From contig JABANN010000055.1 of the NCBI GenBank assembly GCA_013115125.1, forward strand, positions 1-64,000: a stretch of 64,000 nt of DNA, given 5' to 3'. A program made the position numbers and the translations under genes. Shown here in pieces: positions 25,145-39,383 of this stretch (positions within the stretch are counted from its first letter, which is position 1; every line of letters begins with the position of its first letter). The notes under the pieces are model-generated. The model had not been told where the DNA came from. It saw only the letters and a program-made list of their open reading frames with translations, and ran no database searches. The DNA is from Perkinsus olseni. Taxonomy: Eukaryota.

Positions 25145-25544
25145 TAACCGCAGCTTCATTGAGGAAAACGGGGCGACGGGACTCGAGATTTGTCACTCAC
25201 CATGTTTATCAAGTGTGAAAATGATGTGATAGTTAACTCAACAACACTTGGCGTACTGTAAACATCGTGAGCAGGGAGGGTAACGTTATCACTCGCGTGA
25301 CGGCGGTAATCCGTCAACCAAGGTTCATACATCACTGATGAGATGATCATCATCACTTTGGGAATATTATCGGGTCTTAGGTAAATAATGGTTCAATAAT
25401 ACTTTCATTGGAGGTCAATTGGGCAATGGTAATTTTATTAATGCAAAGCAACGACGGAGCGAAGCGCAGGCTCATAGCACTTAGCAGATCACACCGTTTC
25501 AGCATTTCACTGTACATAATGGACTCGACGAAGGGCCGCCACTC

Positions 25545-26727
25545 TCAACGCTTCCGACCAGGCTTGACAACTATGGTGATGCCAGGCTCGAATCCGGGGA
25601 TGTTCAGGGGTGCCTGGGACCCATCGACCTGCTTCCCTCGGGCTGAGGATGCGAATGTACGAGGCTGGATATAGTGATGGTTGAAGTATCCTACCTCCAT
25701 CTTTGTCGAACTCGCAGTGCCAACTCGATATGTCTCGGTAACTGAATGAACATCAGCGGTGACTATAAAAGTGACAACAACGAAGGCGTGACAACAGGCC
25801 TCCACAGTCGTCCCGAGAAGCAGGCAGGGCGTCGCTTACAGGCCTCGTTTGAGCACATCTATGATCTGCGTTTGCAGGGGCTGACCAGTCCATATTTTGA
25901 AGTCATTCTTGCGTATGGCTGGTAGATTGGGATCTTCCCTATGTATCACCAACCTACATCAAAGGACGGGCGATCGGGGTGTAATGACCCCCACTGATCC
26001 GCCTACCGGGCCTCTACAAGCTCTGGCAAATCATTGAGGTACCATCGCTTAGCCGAATGAGGGGTTCGCCTAACAACAACCGTCACCAATGCTCTTTCAA
26101 GCAACCTAACTATCTTCTCCCACCGTGTCTTAGACTTCTGTGTTGCCCTAGTAGTGCTGCTTCGCTTACTCGACTTCTCCTCCTTCACCGATCCCGTCGA
26201 TGCTGCAGCAAAACTATGCTTGACGAGAGGCGATCGACTTGTCTCACCTCTAGGCCGCTTGCTCTTCTTCTTTTTCTTGTCGCCTGAGTTTCGCTCCGCC
26301 TCTCCCTCAGGAGCTCTATCCACCCCAATCACAAGCTTGTCGCCGCTGTCGAGAACGAAGGTGGCGGTATCAAGGTCTGTTCAGAGCCGACCATGTCAAC
26401 GGCGAAGGGAAATCTTAAAGACGTACCACTCTTTTTCCGTCGATTCTTTCTGACCACCGAAACTAATATCCGAGACTGGCCAGCTTCGAGCTCGGATTCT
26501 GAGCCCAGGGATGGTTGTTCATCGTCCGACGCCCGAGAGAACGTGCTGGCCGACGATGGCGAGGCTGACGCATGAAGAGGGGAAGACGATGATGATGTCA
26601 AGGACATTGGGTGCTCCCGCGCCGGCAAGCGAGGAAAACTCACTACGTGGGGCTCGAGAGGACCAAGTTGTAGCACTTGACGCAACAACACCGATTCACA
26701 GCAGTAACACATCGGACATCTTTTCAT
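25545..26727 (-). CDS. Hypothetical protein (N-terminal Cys cluster, Ser/Lys-rich middle)
   Basis: Chain of minus-strand ORFs (MKRCPMCYCC.., KKKKKSKRPR, ..VKPGRKR*) separated by GT-AG segments. Confidence 0.4.
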
Positions 26728-26924
26728 GAATGGCGGTGGGTGCTAGAAGTCATGTAAATGCTCTTCAACGCCTGCCATCGGATCTGAAGAGACGACTTTC
26801 AATAAAAGGCATCGCAAAGCCGGCACGCAATCCGGACAGCGCAGCCCAACTCCGGACAAAGTCCTTCCGTCGGTGAGCAAGGTGATCGAGTTGAGTGCCC
26901 TGTTGGGTTGCAGTGATGACGCTG

Positions 26925-27643
26925 TCATATCTCACTTGGATGGCCGAAACCTCCAGTGATCTGTCTCGCGATGATCTCCAGGCTGCGGTCCATTGTCGTT
27001 ACCTAAGTAACTCAGTACACGGCTTCAGATGTGCTCCCAAAGCTACTCGATCCTTCAAGAACTCGACATCCTTCTTCAGTGCCTCCAACTCCGGGCGGAC
27101 TGACGATCAAACAGCCTCTTAGTCAGTACACTGACAGCTGCCTTACCATCGAGACCCGCGTCAGCAGCTCCTCGGTTATTGGCCTCTAGCTACCAAGGTA
27201 CGGCTGATGACACTACCGCCACTTCCTTCAGGCCTACCTCCGGCGTCGTATTATTCTTCTTCAACAGCAGTTGATTCACCGCACGTTGCATTCGGGTAGG
27301 GTGGCCCTGACGTTCATCAGCACAGATCCTCAGTCGTCGTCAGGAAGCTAATAGCTCACACTTACCCGGACTCGTTGCATCGGTGATACTGTCACCTCAG
27401 ACTCCTCCTCCTCGACATAATCATCATCACCGCTAGCGGGCTCATCGCCTTTGAACATCTCCCGAGCCTAGGCAACCAAATTGAATATCTACAGCGGAGC
27501 GAAGCTGCTCACCCCCTGTATGAGACGCTTGGCGTCCTCGAGCGGTATCCCTATACTCGTGAGGTGTGAGACGGTTATGATGTCATCAGCGTCACGCTTG
27601 TCTTCACCTAAAAACAGCATCTACCGGCTGCGAACCGCCCCAT

Positions 27644-27681
<38 letters not shown>

Positions 27682-30600
27682 TAGCTCCACCGTCTCACTA
27701 GCTCTCCTTTCCCGAGCCTTAGCTTCACTATCAAGGTCGAGGAAGGCCTTAACGTGGAATCCCGAAGGCTCAAAGGCCTCCAACACTTTATCGAGGATCA
27801 AATATGAGGCTACCGCTGGGTCCTCGGTTCCTAATACAAAGGAGAATGAAGGAAGAGCCCCACCGTCATCAGTAGTACGAGATCAGTAATGAGAATTGTG
27901 AACGTCCGACCAACCTCACCTGTCGCGGGATTAACACGACTCAACACGGAGCCCCTCAAGATGCCGAGGCCCTGTAGGAACTTGCGATGAGGAAGGCCAG
28001 CTGAGTCGCTGGTGAGGGAGAACAGCTCAGCAGCGCACGCTTCGTCCTTCACGGAAGTGTACCTAGAAGGCGAGAGTCGACAGAGTGATCCACGCTGAAG
28101 CCCGGAAGCCTACGTATCCATGACGATAGCGAGTAGCATATTGAGCATACTGAAAGGGAGGTGTGGGAGAGCATGGGGGGTGTGGGCTGCTTACACGAGG
28201 AACACCAGTACCATATAGAACCAGAACCATATTGCTGCGCTTACTGGGGCCACTCTTCTCATGGCCTGACAATCGACAGGAGGCCTAGTGTGAGGGGAGA
28301 GTGAGAAGACGAATATGCACTAGAGGGTGGTGGTCTAACGGAAAGACTGTATGTTGCCTTGCGACGACAATGCAAGAGACCCGCTCGAACCCTTCTCGGA
28401 TTGCGTGCGAGGTGGCGCCGAGTGGCGCGAACGACACCCCTCGATCGTCAGCAAATGGCAGGTTCTATCCAAGTGAGAGCGCTGCTTGTCGCTCGTCTCT
28501 CCCCTTCCTTCTTTCGGCGCTATACATGAATATGTTTTGCTTTCGTGGCCTACGTTGTAGTCGAAGTCGCCCATAAGGGCTACGAAGGCCGTATTGATGG
28601 CATCGCCGGGGGTTGACCAGGCCTTCAACCGCTTGCCGAAGAGCGTATATCCTATGCAAGGACATACCGCAGGCTCTGATGGGCTCCAGAGGAGGGCCTA
28701 CCGCCGAGAACGAAATTGAAGAAGACCGTGCAGAAGACTATAAGAAAGTATCTACGACACAGGGGTGTGCTACCAAGTTGAAGAGTTGAAGGAGCCTCAC
28801 GCAACGTCCATCCACGCTCGTTTCATCGTATCAGCTATGACGGCCAAACGAGGGAGTCCACTGCCGAACAACAGAAGATATACAGGAATTACCGCGCGCC
28901 ACGAAATTCGACTCACCGGAAGGCTCGGAAAAATCTTAACATGTTGATTATAGTATACCTAGCAACGACACTACCACTGCAATGACAACGGACTACCCAC
29001 CAAAACATGAGCAGCCTATGGTAGACTTGGTTTTCAATCATGGTATTCATTGTGTCATATATCTCACCCCAACTAACACGAGGACGACATGCTCGACTTC
29101 TCCCGATCAGTTCGGACTATTACCGTTGATAATAGGCCATCACCTGCGCTGACGGTGCCACCGCGTCAAGGTCGGACCTAGGACGAGCAACTACATCGCC
29201 ATGGCGGGCTCCTCACCATATAAAGATGGCAGTTAGAAAATACTTATGGGTTTCCTCGGATAACAACCACGACAGTTGCCACGGGACGCTCTTCCCGTAT
29301 CAGAAATGGCGTCCAGATATCTTGCGAAGCGCGACCCTCCCGCCCTGTTCTGAGACCCACGGCGATATATCCTCTCCGAGCTGGGAGATGTCCACAATGT
29401 CCTCCTTCAACGAACCGACGGACCAAGCCAAATAAGCGTAGAATACACCAACTAAGCGAGGGAGTGTGCATGACTGTCATGAATGCAACCCCGGTTCTAA
29501 TCCGAGCACCCACACCCTACCTCCGATGCCACCGAGAATTGTGAGCCAATCGACGAATGTCCAAAAGTCCCCAACATAGTACTTCAACCTTCCTATTCGT
29601 TTCACCATGTAGATCTGCCGAAGCTCCCGTACCTGCCGAGTTTGGTACTCAACCAACAAGTTGCAGACCAGAGCGATAATTGACGATAACCGTGAGGGGC
29701 CTCGACCCAGTGGAATTATTCACATGCTATGCTGTGAGGCGTGATCTACTATTAGATGCCGACGAGGCACCCGATGACCAAGGCTGCTCTCCCTTTCCAT
29801 GCACGTGAGTCTATTTATCCCAGAAAGCCTATCCGATCCGTTGTGGTCCTATGTACAGACCTAGAGCGGTCCGCTGAAGCGTCATGATAGTCGAGGGATG
29901 GCTATTAGCCCGAATCACCACAACCACCCGTCATTACCGTCAAGTAGCCTATCAAAGCCAGCCAGACAAAGTCGATGACGTAATCGGCAACACTGTTATA
30001 AACCGTACCTTGAATAGAGTGATGGGTCGAAAGCAGCAACGACAACAGGCCACAGCGGCAGCAGCAGCAAAGACCTACTGATGAGGGTCCTCGCTGTAGT
30101 GAGGGGTATGATCGCTCCACCGCGTTGCACTTCAAAAGATACGTCAACATGCATAAACATGTTGGTCTCGCCGTTGAAGAGTATGAATTCTACTTTCACT
30201 GACTTCGTACCTTCCGATTCCAGAATGAAAGAAGCCCAACATAGCAATCAGCGTGATATCATTTCTGTGAGTTGAGAGTCGTGAGGCTCAACCGTCCCTA
30301 TACTGCTGCAAGGGCTCCGAAAGAACTAATGAGAAGTCCTGGACTGCAAGCACCCCCGGCGAGATATTCAATGAGGCCAAACATTGCACGCTTATTCATC
30401 TATAATACGCCCTACAATAGAGGCATACTAATATTCATACAAAAGAGAAAGTATTAATATACTGTATACACCAGTGAATCCGTATCTACCTAGATGAAAT
30501 ATACACTCGAAAAAATACCGTTTGATATAATATCGAAGGTCGATACTGAGACAGACCTTGAGGACCGTGCCCGACCGAACCATGCAAGGTGGCCATAACC

Positions 30601-32247
30601 TACTCAAGTCGAGCCATCCAGCCTGACTCAGCTGAGTGGCCGTCCGCTGTCCCACTACTAGGGACTCCCCACCACGACTGCCATCAATGTAATACCTTAA
30701 CAGCACAGCAAAGCATGGTATTTTCGAAGACGCACGCTAGATAGTCCTACACAAATTGCCCGTCCTCGTTGGGCTCAAAGCCGAATCGGCCACTCTGTCC
30801 GGCTATAGGCTCTTCAGAAGAGCTCCCGAGGGGGTGGCACAAGGAGCTCTCCGCAGTTGGGGATCTACGCGTAGCCAGCGCATCCCGTGCCTCAGACAGG
30901 GTCATGTTGCCGCGTTATACGGTTCGTCACGCGCAAGATGGATGGGCCACGAGCGTATTCAGATTCTACTCCCTCCCCGATACTACGTATAAATAGGTTC
31001 CATCACTTCATCATCGCATACCTCTATTGATGAGCGCTCTTGAACTAAGCGGACCTGCGAGTCGGAAAAAGCACTACCCGCCATGCCAGAGGAGGAAGTT
31101 ATTCAGATACGCCCACAACCAGGGGCTCGTTAAACGATAGCGGTTTAGATGGCTCCCTCTCCCCTGTAAAGAGACTGTCTCCCAAGAAGCACTGGAGAAC
31201 AGCGAAAAACACTTCTCTTCAGAGACGACAGTAACGTCATTACGCTGTACGCACGAGGGCTCGACGATAAGATAGTCGCACGAGCATAGCAAGATACCCC
31301 GTCCTACCCCTCCAACCAACTGGTTATAATAGCGTACTCGACTATCCGAGATCAATGCTGGTAACAAGCCGTCACTCAACCACAACCATATGTCTTCATA
31401 GCTTCCGATATCTTTTGTCTTCAACTGGGATGTTGCTGAACAGGCTACACAGATGGCACGTATACCATCCGGAACTCACGGAGCAAAAACTCAGCAATAA
31501 GATTCCTCCGCGGTGAAAATTCAACGCTCGCAAATCCACCCCGAGCCCTACTACAGTACTCGTGGGTGAATCATCGAGGGTGTCGTTGGACGGAGCAATT
31601 GGCTTCGAGAAGGAAATGGAGCCAATCAAGTTCTCAACACTTGCGGTCATTTGATACGACACTTCGACCGATCCGTGCATGATCTGAGTCACTCAGACTG
31701 AGAGGAGCTTGACAGCGGCACACAGCGCTAGACTATTACCGATACTAACACGAACGCAGCCCAGAAGAGAGCGGCGAACGGGAGGTATTGACACGATACC
31801 ATCATCTCCTGAGACAAGCACACGAGCGTGTGGCAATCCACCGATTCAGCGCCGTGACATTCCTAATACCAAAAAGAACATTTTGCCCATCGCAAAGCGA
31901 GACGAGAACCAAGCACCGCCCGGCGCACAAACGAGTTCAGGGTCGCAATGGCAAGCGACAGTCCTCAAGACACCAGACTGAGGTAAAAGCTCGGGCGAAC
32001 GTCAAGGGGGAGGGCTTAGTTTCACTGTCCTACGGAGGACGATCCGATGCAAGAGAGTCGCAGTGAAAGATATCATTTACCGAATTGCCACTGTGGGCGA
32101 CGACCACGGGTACCAAAATATTACCCTTTGCCTCCTGACGTAGCTCAATAGGTGTTTCCTCGTCACCACGAGTACCTCGTCTTTTGCTACTGAACCTCGC
32201 TTGATAGAGCTCGACGTTCGTCCTGCTACCTTCGATACATCAGCCAT
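26925..32247 (-). CDS. Polycystin-2 (PKD2/TRPP)-like cation channel
   Basis: DIWLWLSDGLLP..YNQLVGG, VEFILFNGETNMF, YYVGDFWTFVDW, FRAFRGLPRLAVIADTMKRAW, WST..AINTAFVALMGDFDY, and a C-terminal coiled coil. The 3' end is approximate. Confidence 0.85.
27644..27679. repeat. (TGA)12 microsatellite, probably in a PKD2 intron
   Basis: Read directly. Bracketed on the minus strand by a gtgaga donor (~27699) and a tttttag acceptor (~27609) that restore the frame. Confidence 0.9.
28891..28908 (+). promoter_or_regulatory. Intronic ACCGCGCGCCACGAAATT motif copy (antisense to host gene)
   Basis: Lies in the PKD2 intron splitting FRAFR|GLPRL; identical to 11503-11520. Confidence 0.4.
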
Positions 32248-33117
32248 AATAGAAATAGAGACTCCCTCAAACCTGTCAGATCCGAACAACTACACTGCAA
32301 TCAGCAAGCTGGGAATTCCGTGCAGCTTCCCAGCACGCTCGAAGAGGAGACGAGCAATCGCTCACTCGGAAAACGGCTCACGGCCCTCCTCGCTAACTGA
32401 GGGCCAATTGAACAGGATACAGAACCGGTTGAGATCCGATCAGTTACAGTGCGTTCCTGTGGCGGCTTTCACTTACAGCAGGCAACGCTCGGACGAGCCT
32501 GAGTACGGCAGGAGGCTCGCCACTCCTACCTCAGGACTGCGGCCCTTCCATTATTTTGAACCAAAATGCCCGTTAAATGAAAGAGAAATATCCTTTCAAG
32601 ATGGATCATCAAGTGAACGTGGGGGCCCTCTATGAGAGCGGATGATAATATATAGTCTAACATGTAAGTTGGAAGAAAGCATGCCCTCCATTATAATAAT
32701 ACACGTAGAAATAGTTACACCTGTCGTGACACATTCCTGCGACACAAATACCGCGCACAGCAGGAAGCATCAATGGCGCTGGTAAGAATAGCCACTGACG
32801 ACAACAATACTTCTGTTCGAGACACGCGACTAAGGTAGCAGAGTGACTACGCAGACGCCGAAAATCAAAGTGTTAGCACATATGCGAACCGTACGGGATT
32901 TGTTCTCGGTATTTTCCTATAGGTGACGAAAAAACTATACGGATTACTGACAAAATACTGGATTGGTGACACTATGCTATAGAGTGAGACGTAAACATCT
33001 TATTATCACAACCATCGAGGTACTGAGTGGCTCTTTGGGTCTATCAGTACGAAAAAGACTGTCAAAATGCCATTCGGAAGCGATTCGCCAAGGGCGTCTA
33101 AAACAGTACTGGCTTTA

Positions 33118-34173
33118 TCACACATCCCGTAGTAGTATCAAGCCCACTTGATAGAAGGAGACGTTTTGTCGAAGACGAGTGGACTGGTGGCCCAAAGATG
33201 GCGGCGAACATATGGCGTTTCTATAATCCCCGTTAGAATGGGGCGATGCTCTGCTGTCTAACCATAGGGCGTACTGCTCAGTGATGGTCGGTGCGACAGG
33301 AGTCACAGAATCTGAAGACAAGAAGAGAAGCATGGAAGTGATGACATTCAAGTTGGTTCAACTCGTTACTCTTCCCAGCTGGAACCACGGAGCAATCTCT
33401 TGTATCAATCTCTTCAATCACCGTCCTCGCGCCGATTCTACTGAGCCCGGCCAGCTCAGATGAGGCTGTTGTGCGACTGGAATTGATAGAAGATAGGCCA
33501 TCGTCCGCGATACCAACTTTTCCGTTGAAAGAACAGTACTCGAACCGAGTCGAGGAGGTGCTATCCATAATCTCACCGGAGCCCGCTGCGTCGGGGCCCA
33601 CCACACCACCATGGTCGCGGCAGAACCTACTATATACTCAGTCAGCGCTCCTACCCATCTAGGGGACGTGAGGGCCTCGAGTAGCGGTAAATTCATGCCA
33701 ATGCTCTATTCACAGCATCCCTCCGAGGGCGCTTCCATACTCCACTACTAATACTCTTACTTGCTTCCTTTCGCTCTGGCCTGCGTACAAGTAAATGCTT
33801 GACAAGGTTGCCGCTGACCACCACCGTGCCTAAAGTGTCGTGCTCTGCTAGGGAGTTCGAGTACCACACCATCACCGACTTGTAGCACAGTCCAGACTTC
33901 TTACTCCTACTGCCCTTATCACAGCCAGGAATCCGACATCGAGGACCTCCCCCGTGAGCACTGCAGTACCTGAAAATGAACAAGTAAAAGAGGGTGGCGG
34001 ACGAAGATGAGGATGTACCTCGACTCGGAGCTCCCATACACCGATTTACCGCAACCAAGGTGAGCACAACGCCTCCCACCACCATGAGAGATGCAGAACT
34101 CAGTGCCACCCTGCCGGTACTTAGGGCACCCTTCTACGGCACAGGTCTGCCTGTGCCGGGTTAGGATTGCCAT
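33118..34173 (-). CDS. Zinc-finger repeat protein (C-x3-GC-x-K...C-x2-HGGG; WRKY19/GCK-like repeats)
   Basis: CAVEGCPKYRQGGTEFCISHGGG, CAHLGCGKS..YCSAHGGG, CRIPGCDKG..LCY|..HGGG, followed by a low-complexity tail. Confidence 0.8.
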
Positions 34174-34803
34174 TGAAATGGACAAGGCCGGGCGAAAGCC
34201 GCTTAAATAAAACAGAATGGCTGCAGCGGAATGAAGGTAGAGTATCGGTGAGGGGGGACACTACGAAGATGGTGGTCTGTTCACGAGACGTTGAGGTGGT
34301 CAACGTGAACAGCAAGATCGTCCACGGCTGTAACTTGACAATTTTTGTATCTTACATGCTGCACCTCAAGATACCGCCAAAGTTTAGTCTCTTTCGGCAG
34401 AAGAGAACCCGGTTGAGCCACAATCCCCACAGTGGCGAACACCCCAACCATTCACTCACGGATGACAGTACCTTGCGCATTGGAGACGACACTGATGACA
34501 GCACGCGGACCCCGGCTTAGCGGAGCGATGCGATTCGCGATTACCACTTTTGTCTCACTATTGGCGCATCAACCATCGATGGACGGCCGACGTTTGAATG
34601 ATCAAATCAGACTTCCGAGTCCATTGAGTCTGACGTAGTTGGCGAGCACTTTCCAAGCGCTGAGATGGCTCTTACGTGACCTCTAGGATGCCGTGCTCGC
34701 GTCGACCCAAGATACGCCTAACAATAAGCGGAATCCGAAGGGATCGCTACGGCATCATTATTATCATCAGCAGTCTCGTTCCTCGTTTTTCTCCTCGCCC
34801 ACT

Positions 34804-37800
34804 ATGCGAAATGTGGGTCCCGACTCAGAGCAGGATTGCCTACTGCAGGAGGCATTAGCTGTTGTCAAAGAGCAAGCATGGTTAATGAAACAGTAGGCCC
34901 CCTTGGACCATCCCTCTGCTGTATTCCTTCTATTTCAGATCAATCGCCAACAACAACATGCGTGAGACGTTAAAGCATGCTTCTAACATGATCTGTGAAC
35001 TAAGGACCGGCACTCTAGAGCCAAAGACTTACTACGAGCTCTACATGCAGGTGACGCAGCTACCACACCGCCAGGGTCTCGAACAGGGCAATGCGACCTT
35101 TCCGAGATAGGTTTTCACGGAGCTGCAGTCGCTGGCGTTGTACTTCCAGGACACTCAGAGACACGGCATGAAGCTCTCTGCCTTATACGAGTCTGTTCAG
35201 CACGCTGGTAAGGGCCGCCTACTCTCATCAATCTTCGTTCGGTTCGAACTTGTTCATAATGTGGTATCCAAAAATCTGCATCATCATTAACTGCCCGGAA
35301 CTTATAGCGCCTCGGAGTCGATGTCCTCAGGCAACATCATACCACGATTGTATCTGCTCATAACAGTAGGAGCTGGTTTTATACAGAGCAAAGAGGCTCC
35401 GGCCAAGGAGATCCTCACAGATCTCACAGAGCTTTGCAAGGTAGTCACCCCACCTCAGCTACTGGCCCTCTCAACAGTTCGGCAGTTTATAGCAGCTGGA
35501 GCATGTCGTGGCGTTCAGGGCGTTCAACATCCTATTCGAGGATTATTCCTTCGGTATTACCTCTCGCAGTGCTGTAAAGATAAACTGCCCGATACAGGAT
35601 CGCCGGTACTGCCCTGGGACATCGTAAGACAGAAAGATCTCTTTCCCTTCAGTACGAGGGAATCGAGGGCGGCAATGTGTATGATGCTATTGATTTCATC
35701 CTTAATAACTTCACCGAAGCCAACAGACTGTGGATAAGGTTGAACCATCAGGGTAGGATAAGATACGCACTGGGGTATCCAAGGTTGATGCAGGCAGCTT
35801 ACGGGATAGAGCGCGGAGGGAGAGGGAGCGCCACGACCTCCGAGTTCTAGTTGGCAACAACCTCATCAGATTGAGTCAACTGGACGGGATGGACAAGAAC
35901 GTAGTGCTGCCGAGTGAGGATAGCCGAGGGCGTTTTTCATGCTTTTGGGGGTACCTTAGATTTACGTATCGGTGGTGTTACCCAAGCTATTGGACCACGT
36001 CGTATCTTGCCAAGATACTATGGCTCAGCAGTATCTACTCGATTGCATTATACAGGTCAGTGGATGTGGAGTTTAGTGTTCGCGAGGCCCCTCCTCCTCT
36101 CAGGTCTTCCCGGATGAATATCATCTCGCAACGCTTGACTCCCTCCTCACCACGTGCAGCAAGACCAACAGTAGTTTTCCGTTGGTGCGAATCTTGGCGG
36201 ATATTTTCTCTGCCAGGCGCCGTTGACCTCAAGCCGATCATCGTCAATCTCATGAACCGTCTGGCAGTCTATGTAACAGTCCGGAGAGTCTTTGTAGTGT
36301 GGAGGTGCCCGTGTAGGTTTCCTCGAACCCGGGATCGGTTCCGCAAGATTTGGACGTTTTCGAGCTCTTCCGTTCTCATCTGGACCGCATGCTTGACCGC
36401 AGCGAGAACGATGCGGCGGCTAACGCTGCTAGCAGTCAGTCCAGTGGGGAGGGTACTAGTCTGGTGACGGGAACGTCTGAGTGAAGCGATTCGTGGGTCC
36501 TGTAGGACGTGGACGTGGGAGCCGCAGCAGTCTGGCTTCGTTGATTGACATCATGGGGGCGTACCTCGGTTTTACCATTACGCTTTATCCTGATAGACAG
36601 GACCATCTACAGGTGCTATGGGGGTCTGGGGTCCAGGTGGGAAAATGATGGAAACTTTGCACGCGCGTAGTACTGTGATGCTCGCTACGCGACTTTTTTC
36701 CGATCTATCAGTACTTGAATTCAGAAGGATCCCTGATTCAGCATTTGATCCAAAACGAATTCTCATTCAGCATTTAGCCAGTTTTGAGGATCTTCTGTCG
36801 AGCAAGCCAAACCTCTTCAGAGGGCGTGCGTCGCGCAATACACTTCCCATTCTGGTGTCACGTCTTATGGCGAACGAACTACTTCCTTGGTTTGTCTGTT
36901 CTAAGCATGGCTTGGAAACTGTGGCAGAGATCGGATGATTTCGTCACCGTGTTTCAGTCCGCAATCGAATTAGGATGCGGAAAATTTCGAGTTCAGTCAT
37001 GACGGTTGAAATAGGGTCCGAAAAAATCTGCTACTTGTAGTAGCACTAGTCACAGGGCCACTAGGTGTAGTAGTACTAGTCACAGGACCACTAGGTGTAG
37101 TAGTACTAGTCACAGGGTCACTAGTTGTAGTACTCGTCACAGGGCCACTAGGTGTAGTACTCGTCACAGGGCCACTAGTAGTAGAAGCAAGATCTTTTCG
37201 TTCTTTTCAGTCAATTCATGCTGCACTAGCTCGAATGCTGGACAGGCAGCTCTCCGGTGGCGCCGTTAAAATTCAACCAGACGAGAAGGCTTGTTTCAGC
37301 ATGGTGGATCTGCTTAGCAAGTGAGTACCAACTCTTCCGCGAATCGTCACCTTCTTCCTCCTTCAGGCCGATGGAAGAGTTGGGGCTCAGCTGCATGGAC
37401 AACCTGTCGGAGGCTTACAGCAACGTGTATAGGTAGTCCGCTCTGCTTCTAGCCTGTGGCCTGCCATGTTCGACCTTCAGATATCTCACGCCTCAAACCC
37501 AAGCTCATTGTGGAGTCGGGATGGTCAACGCCCTGCTGATGTGTGAGCATCCCGAGAGGCAGGTCATTGATAACGTCAATCGCCTGCAAAGCTTCATGAC
37601 TCTCCTGCGGCCTCTGATATCCGAGGACTATGGTAATAGCAGGATGGGTCCACACTGGCATCTCGCCTCTCTTCATTGCGGGCCCGACCGTCGTTCCTAA
37701 GGACTGGCATTGTCGTGGGGTGAGACTCTCAGAATGGAACTCCGCTGAAGTCCCGAGAATCGACGATTCGTTTCGGCTCAGTCGTCCATAGGCGGGCGTA

Positions 37801-39383
37801 TAATCGTTCGACTTTTCATCTTCAGCGTCTGATGCCACAGAGGCCGCCACAGACCAGTGCAACCTGGCAAAGATATGTCATCTCATACGAGAGAGCGACG
37901 CGAACACTGATCTTGAGCTGCAACTCCTCAGCGTTATGCGGCAACACCTAGGTCATGGCAGCCCTGCCAAATTGGTACTATGGGTTGGTTGATTCGGATG
38001 GTCGTACGGTGGTCCATGCTCAGACAGTAACATTAGTACCGGTAGTGTATCGGGCTATGAAGCTAGCACCGAAAGTCAGAACTCTGGAGCTGCAGCACAC
38101 GAGGCTCTTTAATAGTACCAAGAAAGCATTCCAATTTGTAATATTTTGGGGTGTTCTGCGTCGCTCCGCTAACACTTTCGTGTAGATTTACAAGACTTTG
38201 GATGCCTACGGCTCCCATTGTCTGCTCGGTGGAGGGCCTACGGCGGCCATGCAGACTCTCAAGATGTGGCTGGATGCGGCTGCGGTGGGTCTGTGTTTGG
38301 AGGTCAATTTTTGAAGGTCCTACTCTGGTTAGGTTGCCGGGTATGTTGAAGTCAATCTCTACGGCGAAGGAGCGTTCGAGTCCATCTGCTGTGAGTTCAT
38401 CAATCGTGCCTTGGGGACCTACGAGGACGACATTACGGATTCACCCAAGCAGAGTGTAGTGGCTGAGTTCTCCCTTGCTCCGTAGAGAGCTCTACCCTTC
38501 TAGGCGTGCATCCCTCTATTTGTTGGGGCCCTTCTAGGACCAGCTGGCCAGGCCTTGACAGTGGAGGACTACGATGCAACGTCGACCACGGTAGCCTCGG
38601 TCGTGGAAGGTGGCCTCGATGGTCTCACCGCGCAATTCACTTAGATAACGCAACACGCTGCCAAGCTATTGCAGCGGTCGGACCAGTGCAGACAGATTCT
38701 TTGCTGTGCGGATATGTTTTGGAATCCTGTAAGATACCTGATTCGGCCCATGTGGCGCAGCACCGTCGCGGATCGGCAGGTCCTCCCACGCGATCGGTGG
38801 GACTCTCGACGAGTACTCGAGTGTTTGCAGCGGTGTTTGAAAATAGCCGAGAGGATTCTGGAAAGTAGGACCTCTCGAAGCCTCTCGGCGGGATCATCAG
38901 TCCCCGGCCAGGTGGACTAGGCAATGACTCGACCCCGGAAGATCTGGATAGAATGGACATCTCTGAGACTACCGGAGTGTCCCTGTTCGTCGACGTCCTC
39001 GACCGCTATATATTCTACTTTAACAAGGGGAATGAGCAGGTAGAAAAAAGCTATTTTCGTGGCGCGTGACGGTTCCGTCAATGCCTGCGCCATAGGTCCT
39101 TCCATCGCACATCAGCAGCCTGATTTCCCTTTGTGAGGAGCATGTGAAATTCGCGCTGGAGTCTGCCAACCCGAGCAGCACCGCCTCCGGAGCGAAGAAC
39201 CCTCTCCTCGACAGCCACGGTATACTCGCAACCAAATGGTCCTCTACGGCCTCTATGCGGTCTCCAGATACCGCTCACACTGCCTCAGCATCTTCGGGGA
39301 TAGTCGCAGTGAAGGCGCATTTGGCCGCTACTATTGCGTACGTGAGGAAGTTGAAGGAGGACCCCGACTATCGGGAAAAGTAG
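34804..39383 (+). CDS. VPS35: Retromer subunit VPS35
   Basis: [86 protein letters not shown]. Confidence 0.96.
37031..37184. repeat. 30/27-bp minisatellite (about 5 units) in a long VPS35 intron
   Basis: Unit GTAGTAGTACTAGTCACAGGGCCACTAGGT; the last two units are 3 nt shorter. Confidence 0.92.
39053..39066 (-). promoter_or_regulatory. Intronic CGCGCCACGAAAAT motif copy (antisense to host gene)
   Basis: ATTTTCGTGGCGCG on the + strand, in the last VPS35 intron. Confidence 0.35.

Noticed and set aside
27644-27679. Poly-His or poly-Met tract
   Set aside because: The best frame-restoring splice places it in an intron.
37031-37184. CRISPR-like array
   Set aside because: Units abut with no unique spacers, no cas genes are present, and it lies in a eukaryotic intron.
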